A DNA stretch of 61,876 nucleotides, filler included. It is 4 parts of 4 records of this genome, joined end to end, with 100 filler letters (N's around TTAATTAATTAA, not from the genome) between each part and the next. Parts side by side here need not be neighbours in the genome. Positions count along the whole stretch, not along the records: positions 43,100 to 61,876 come from SRR20825019_3103; 3 more parts are not named here. The stretch is one strand, 5' to 3'. Positions 56,743 through 61,876 of the stretch are shown here, in pieces. Position 1 is the first letter of the stretch; each line of letters begins with the position of its first letter. A model generated the notes under the pieces. That model was not told where the DNA came from and did not search any database. It worked only from the letters and a program-made list of their open reading frames with translations. The position numbers and the translations under genes are program-made.

Positions 56743-59700
56743 ATGAAACTACCCAAAATATTAGTCATCCTAAGTTTCGGATTACTGTTACATACAGCCT
56801 CAGCACAACAAACAGCTGTATTTACAAATCAATATGTAGCGTATGAACAAGCACTGTCTTTGTACGATAACAATCAATTTGCTGCAGCACAACAACAATT
56901 TGAAAAAGTAAAGCTAACCACAGAAGATGGTACTGTTGAGGCCAATTGCTCCTATTATATTGCTAATTGTGCAGTAAGACTTAACCAGCAAGGTGCAGAT
57001 GATCTTATGCAGGATTTTGTAGATCGATATCCTACAAGTACAAAACGCAATTCAGCGTTTAGTGATGTTGCAAACTATTACTTTGAGAACGGTCAATATT
57101 CTCGTGCAAGAAAATGGTATGACCAAGTAAACCAAAGTAATCTTTCTAACTCAGAAAAAGAAAAATTCAATTTCAATTATGGCTATACATTATTTCAGAA
57201 CAAACGTTTTGATGATGCTAAAAGCTATATGAATAAAGTAAGAGACTCTAAAGAATATGGTGCGCAGGCAAAATATTATTTAGGATTTATGGCTTATGAA
57301 GGTGACGATTATCAGGAAGCAGACGAGCTGTTTGAAGAAGTAAAAGGAAACGATCGTTATGAGAAAAACCTAAGCTACTTTCAAGCTGATATGAATTTTA
57401 AGCTTGGTAAGTTTGAAAAAGCTGTAGCCGAAGGTAAAGCACAACTCGCAAAGTCTAATCCTAAAGAAAAGTCGCAACTTAACAAGATTATTGGTGAGAG
57501 CTATTTTAATTTAGGTAATTATGCTGAAGCTGTTCCTTACCTAAAGGAGTATAGAGGTACAAGAGGAAAATGGAACAATACAGATTACTACCAACTAGGT
57601 TACGCCTATTACAAACAAGGCGAGTTTGATAATGCGATATCTGAATTTAATAAAATTGTAGATGGTAAAAATGCTGTTGCTCAAAACGCATACTACCACT
57701 TAGCAGAATCTTATTTAAAGCTTGGCCAAAAGCAGCAAGCCTTAAATGCATTTAAAAACGCTTCTGAAATGGAGTTTGATAATGCTATTAAAAAAGACGC
57801 CCTTCTTAATTATGCAAAGCTATCCTATGAAATAGGAAACAGTTATGAGAGCACGCCAAAAGTGTTAACACGTTACTTAGAAACGTATCCAGATACTGCA
57901 GAAAAAACTGAGCTTCAAAATTTATTAATCGACTCATATATTACCTCTAAAAACTACGCTGAAGCTATGGAGCTTTTAGAAAGCAGTAGAGATTTTGATA
58001 ATAAAGTGGCATATCAAAAAGTTGCTTTTTACAGAGGAATTGAGTTATACAATGAAGACAACTATACCGAAGCAAAAACATATTTCGAAAAATCTTTAAG
58101 CGAACCTAGAGACGCTTCTTTTACAGCAAGAGCTACGTATTGGAACGCAGAAACAGATTATAACTTAAATAATTTTCAAGATGCTCTAATTGGTTATAAA
58201 GAGTTTCAAGGTATGAGTGCAGCCTCTCAAACAGAAGCATATAAAAATCTAGATTATAATTTAGGGTACGCTTACTTTAAACAAAAAGATTACGAACAAG
58301 CCATCTCATATTTCAAAAAATACTCTGAAACCTCTTCAGATACTTCAAGAAAAAAAGATGCTTTTTTACGCTTGGGTGATACTTACTTTGTTACTAGTAA
58401 ATATTGGCCAGCAATGGAAAGCTATAATGATGCTATTGCTCTTGGTGGTAAATCTGCAGATTATGCAGCATTTCAAAAAGCTATTAGTTACGGTTTTGTA
58501 AACAAGAACGACCGCAAGATTGAGGACTTAACTTCATTTTTAAATCAGTTTTCAAGGTCTACATATCGTGATGATGCCCTTTATGAGCTAGGTAACACTT
58601 ATGTAGCTATCGGCAATACACAAGAAGGTATAAAATCATATAACCGTTTAATTAGAGATGTCCCTAAAAGCTCTTACGTTTCAAAAGCACTTTTAAAACA
58701 AGGTCTTATTTATTACAACTCAGATCGTGGTAATGAAGCCTTGGAGAAATTTAAAAAAGTAGCCGCAGATTTTCCAGGAACCGCACAGGCAGACCAAGCT
58801 GTTAAAACTGCTCGATTAATATATGTAGATTTAGGACGAACTTCTGAATATGCCAACTGGGTTAAAACTTTAGATTTTGTAAATGTTACAGATGCAGATC
58901 TTGACAACACAACTTATGAGGCTGCAGAACAACAATACAGGCAGGAAAATGCAAATGCAGCACTAAGAGGTTTTGAAAATTACTTAGAAGAGTTTCCTAA
59001 TGGTTTACATGCGTTACAAAGTCATTTCTATCTAGCTCAACTTCAATTTAAAGACAATAAAAAAGAAGAAAGTATCTCTCATTATAAATTTGTATTAACC
59101 AAAGAACGTAATGAGTTTACAGAACAATCTTTAGCACAATTGTCTCAAATTTATTTAGAGAAATCAAATTATAAAGACGCTATACCAGTGCTTAAACGTT
59201 TAGAGACTGAAGCAGATTTCCCGCAGAACATTGTTTTTGCCCAATCTAACTTAATGAAAAGCTATTATCAGCAAGATAATTATGAGCAAGCTGTTTCCTA
59301 TGCAGAAAATGTATTGGCAAACTCAAGTATAAATACTAAGGTTAAAAATGATGCACATATCATTATAGCAAGATCTGCAATGAAAACTGGAGATGAAGCT
59401 AAAGCAAAAACGGCTTATGCTACGGTGCAAAAAACGGCTACAGGAAAGTTAGCTGCAGAAGCTTTATACTATGATGCTTATTTTAAGAATAAAGCAGGTA
59501 ATTACAAAGCCTCAAATGAAAGTGTACAAACCTTAGCTAAAGAGTACTCAGGATATAAAGAATATAGTGTAAAGAGTTTATTAGTTATGGCTAAGAACTT
59601 TTATGCTTTAGAAGATGCATACCAAGCTACTTATATTTTAGAAAATATCATAAACAACTTTACAGACTACCCTACAGTTGTAGATGAAGCTAAAGCAGAG

Positions 59701-59763
59701 CTAATTAAAATTAAAACAGAAGAAGCTAAAACAAATGCAGATGTTAACACTAACGGCAACTAA
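56743..59763 (+). CDS. large periplasmic tetratricopeptide-repeat protein
   Basis: Signal peptide and TPRs throughout (YQLGYAYYKQG, YNLGYAYFKQK, ALYELG). Confidence 0.9.
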   Translation: MKLPKILVILSFGLLLHTASAQQTAVFTNQYVAYEQALSLYDNNQFAAAQQQFEKVKLTTEDGTVEANCSYYIANCAVRLNQQGADDLMQDFVDRYPTSTKRNSAFSDVANYYFENGQYSRARKWYDQVNQSNLSNSEKEKFNFNYGYTLFQNKRFDDAKSYMNKVRDSKEYGAQAKYYLGFMAYEGDDYQEADELFEEVKGNDRYEKNLSYFQADMNFKLGKFEKAVAEGKAQLAKSNPKEKSQLNKIIGESYFNLGNYAEAVPYLKEYRGTRGKWNNTDYYQLGYAYYKQGEFDNAISEFNKIVDGKNAVAQNAYYHLAESYLKLGQKQQALNAFKNASEMEFDNAIKKDALLNYAKLSYEIGNSYESTPKVLTRYLETYPDTAEKTELQNLLIDSYITSKNYAEAMELLESSRDFDNKVAYQKVAFYRGIELYNEDNYTEAKTYFEKSLSEPRDASFTARATYWNAETDYNLNNFQDALIGYKEFQGMSAASQTEAYKNLDYNLGYAYFKQKDYEQAISYFKKYSETSSDTSRKKDAFLRLGDTYFVTSKYWPAMESYNDAIALGGKSADYAAFQKAISYGFVNKNDRKIEDLTSFLNQFSRSTYRDDALYELGNTYVAIGNTQEGIKSYNRLIRDVPKSSYVSKALLKQGLIYYNSDRGNEALEKFKKVAADFPGTAQADQAVKTARLIYVDLGRTSEYANWVKTLDFVNVTDADLDNTTYEAAEQQYRQENANAALRGFENYLEEFPNGLHALQSHFYLAQLQFKDNKKEESISHYKFVLTKERNEFTEQSLAQLSQIYLEKSNYKDAIPVLKRLETEADFPQNIVFAQSNLMKSYYQQDNYEQAVSYAENVLANSSINTKVKNDAHIIIARSAMKTGDEAKAKTAYATVQKTATGKLAAEALYYDAYFKNKAGNYKASNESVQTLAKEYSGYKEYSVKSLLVMAKNFYALEDAYQATYILENIINNFTDYPTVVDEAKAELIKIKTEEAKTNADVNTNGN

Positions 59764-59824
59764 GTTCTTTAAGATGTTAAACACTCAAATTAACCTACAC
59801 CTAACAAAAAATCTAAGTCTGGAT

Positions 59825-61570
59825 ATGTCCAAATTAAATATAAAATACCTAATCTTAACCATAGCTATATTGGCAAGTTCTGGCCTTATAGCTCAAGAAG
59901 ATGACAAAGAAACTATTGGTTCTGAAACTGTAGTTGTTGTAAAGCCCTACACACCATCTGTTAGTGATGCGTTTAAAGTAAAGCAAACGCCACAGCTTTT
60001 AGACTCTATTACTTTGCAAAAGAAAAGTATTACTTATAAAATCTTTTCTGTACCAGTAGCTTCTACATTTACACCTACAAAAGGAACTGCAGCTAGAGTA
60101 GAAAAAGCAAGACCAATTCAGGCTTTTGACAGTTATGCAACTTTAGGTGTAGGAAACTACACATCTGCTTTTGCAGAATTTTACACCAATTTTGAAATTA
60201 ATCGCGGCGAGAACTTCGGTATTAATTTTAAACATAACTCGGCTCAAGGAGGCATAGATGATGTTTTGTTAGATGATAATTATTATGACACTAACCTTGG
60301 TTTAGATTACTCTTTTAGAGATAGAGATTTAAGCTATACAATTGGTTTAGATGCGTTGCATAAGCAATATAACTGGTACGGTTTTTCTAATAACATTATA
60401 GTTACTAATGACAACCTTAATCGTACAGATGTTGTCCAAAATTACTTTGGAGCAGGTTTAAGAGCAAACTTAAGTTTAAATGACAGCTTCTTAGATCAAA
60501 CAAGATTTGGCTTGTCTGTATTTGGAGATAGTTATGGCTCTTCTGAAATTAATGCCACTTTAAAACCAGAAATGGAATTTGAGATTGCAGGCGAAAAGAT
60601 TCAAACTAACGTAAGTGTAGATTACTTAAATACTAGTTTTGACCAAAATTACGAAGGCACTACAGACCTAGCCTCTAGCTACCTTAACCTTGGTTTAAGC
60701 CCAAGCATCTTAATATTAAGGGATGACTTAGAATTAAATTTAGGAGCTTCTGTATTTTATAGCCTAGATTCAGAAAGTAGTGAATCTAACATATTTGTAT
60801 ATCCTAATATAAATGCAAGCTACAGACTAGCTGGCGAGTATTTTATTGCTTATGCTGGCTTAAATGGAGAGCTTAAACAAAACAGCTATAAAGGATTTGT
60901 AGATAACAATCCATTTGTATCTCCTACTCTTGCAATTACGCCTACAGACCAACAATATGTTGGATCCTTAGGAGCAAAAGGTAAATTAAGTGATGTTATT
61001 AGTTATAATATTAAAGGAAGCTACGCTAATGTAGAAGCACAGCCTTTATTTAAATCTAACACTAATACCTTTCCTTTAGGAGGTTTGTTAGAAGACTATG
61101 AATATGGTAACAGCTTTGGTGTTGTGTATGACAATATTAAAACAGTCTCCTTTTTTGGAGAACTAAACTTTGATATTACAAAAGTGCTACGATTAGGGCT
61201 TAATGCTGAATATTTTAGCTACAATACCGACACCCAAGAAGAAGCTTGGAACTTGCCAGAACTTAAAGCATCTTTATTAGCAGACTATAAAATAACTGAT
61301 AAATTTACTGCAGGCGCTAATCTTTTCTTTGTTGGAGAACGTCAAGCTCAAGCATCAGATTTTGATATGAGTGGTAACCTTACCACAGAGAACATTACAT
61401 TAGATTCTTATATTGATGCTAATGTGCAATTAAACTATCTTATAAATGATCAATTATCATTCTTTGTGAAAGGAAACAATCTTTTCGCTGATAGTTACGA
61501 GAAGTGGTTAAATTTTCCTGTTTACGGTATACAAGGAATGGCTGGTGCCACCTACAAGTTTGATTGGTAA
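59825..61570 (+). CDS. TonB-dependent-receptor-like outer-membrane beta-barrel
   Basis: Signal peptide from ATG 59825, TonB-box-like ETVVV, amphipathic strands, GNNLF, terminal GATYKF. Confidence 0.75.
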   Translation: MSKLNIKYLILTIAILASSGLIAQEDDKETIGSETVVVVKPYTPSVSDAFKVKQTPQLLDSITLQKKSITYKIFSVPVASTFTPTKGTAARVEKARPIQAFDSYATLGVGNYTSAFAEFYTNFEINRGENFGINFKHNSAQGGIDDVLLDDNYYDTNLGLDYSFRDRDLSYTIGLDALHKQYNWYGFSNNIIVTNDNLNRTDVVQNYFGAGLRANLSLNDSFLDQTRFGLSVFGDSYGSSEINATLKPEMEFEIAGEKIQTNVSVDYLNTSFDQNYEGTTDLASSYLNLGLSPSILILRDDLELNLGASVFYSLDSESSESNIFVYPNINASYRLAGEYFIAYAGLNGELKQNSYKGFVDNNPFVSPTLAITPTDQQYVGSLGAKGKLSDVISYNIKGSYANVEAQPLFKSNTNTFPLGGLLEDYEYGNSFGVVYDNIKTVSFFGELNFDITKVLRLGLNAEYFSYNTDTQEEAWNLPELKASLLADYKITDKFTAGANLFFVGERQAQASDFDMSGNLTTENITLDSYIDANVQLNYLINDQLSFFVKGNNLFADSYEKWLNFPVYGIQGMAGATYKFDW

Positions 61571-61591
61571 TCATTTAATATAGCATACATT

Positions 61592-61627
61592 AAAAAGCTA
61601 GTTCTTCACAGAACTAGATTTTTTTTA
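61592..61627 (+). terminator. intrinsic terminator
   Basis: CTAGTTC-ttcaca-GAACTAG followed by a T-run. Confidence 0.75.
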
Positions 61628-61645
61628 GTAATAACACATAGGCAT

Positions 61646-61679
61646 AAAAAAAGCGCTTCAGAAAAATCTGAAGCGTTTT
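61646..61679 (-). terminator. intrinsic terminator for typA
   Basis: CGCTTCAGA-aaaa-TCTGAAGCG with flanking A-run. Confidence 0.75.
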
Positions 61680-61701
61680 ATATATTTAGACATTACTTAG
61701 A

Positions 61702-61876
61702 TTATACAATCTTGTAACGTTTTCTATCAACTTCTTTTAAGTAGATTTTACGTAATCTTAAGTGGTTTGGCGTTACCTCAACATACTCATCTTTCTGAAT
61801 ATATTCTAAAGCCTCTTCTAAAGAAAACTTAATTGCTGGTGTAATCTTCGCTTTATCATCTGCTCCAGAAGAACGT
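61702..61876 (-). CDS. typA: 3' end of translational GTPase TypA/BipA
   Basis: Minus strand reads RSSGADDKAKITPAIKFSLEEALEYIQKDEYVEVTPNHLRLRKIYLKEVDRKRYKIV-stop. Confidence 0.92.
   Translation of the reverse strand, partial: RSSGADDKAKITPAIKFSLEEALEYIQKDEYVEVTPNHLRLRKIYLKEVDRKRYKIV

Noticed and set aside
35036-61876. CRISPR arrays, transposases, integrases, rRNA or tRNA genes
   Set aside because: None recognisable in the bacterial contigs.

Overview
The window is not one continuous locus. It is four contigs joined by artificial 100-nt linkers (44 N + TTAATTAATTAA + 44 N). Contigs 1 (1-18354) and 2 (18455-34935) come from a gene-dense eukaryote with many short (~45-65 nt) GT-AG introns. By manual splicing I reconstructed 16 genes: EF-hand, MORN-RING, Sfi1-like, TPR-F-box-LRR, Cys-rich membrane protein, DHU1-like LRR-WD40, IDO-like heme dioxygenase, an acidic partial ORF, U1A/U2B'', type II thioesterase, USP deubiquitinase with TM tail, ARH-like, Notchless, EGLN-like hydroxylase, coiled-coil protein and TOM1-like. 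They alternate strand almost strictly, and most divergent pairs flank very GC-rich, motif-laden islands. Contigs 3 (35036-42999) and 4 (43100-61876) are AT-rich and Flavobacteriaceae-like. Contig 3 has a PAS kinase/receiver pair, then the best candidate for an undescribed system: a secreted 578-aa coiled-coil/Gly-rich protein with three C-terminal DFWG motifs, followed by three secreted paralogs (shared TPR-like scaffold, variable insert, Sel1-like repeat, optional FGE/C-lectin-fold domain) and a small 2-TM protein. Contig 4 holds ordinary envelope and housekeeping genes. All assignments rest on motif recognition by eye; no database searches were run.
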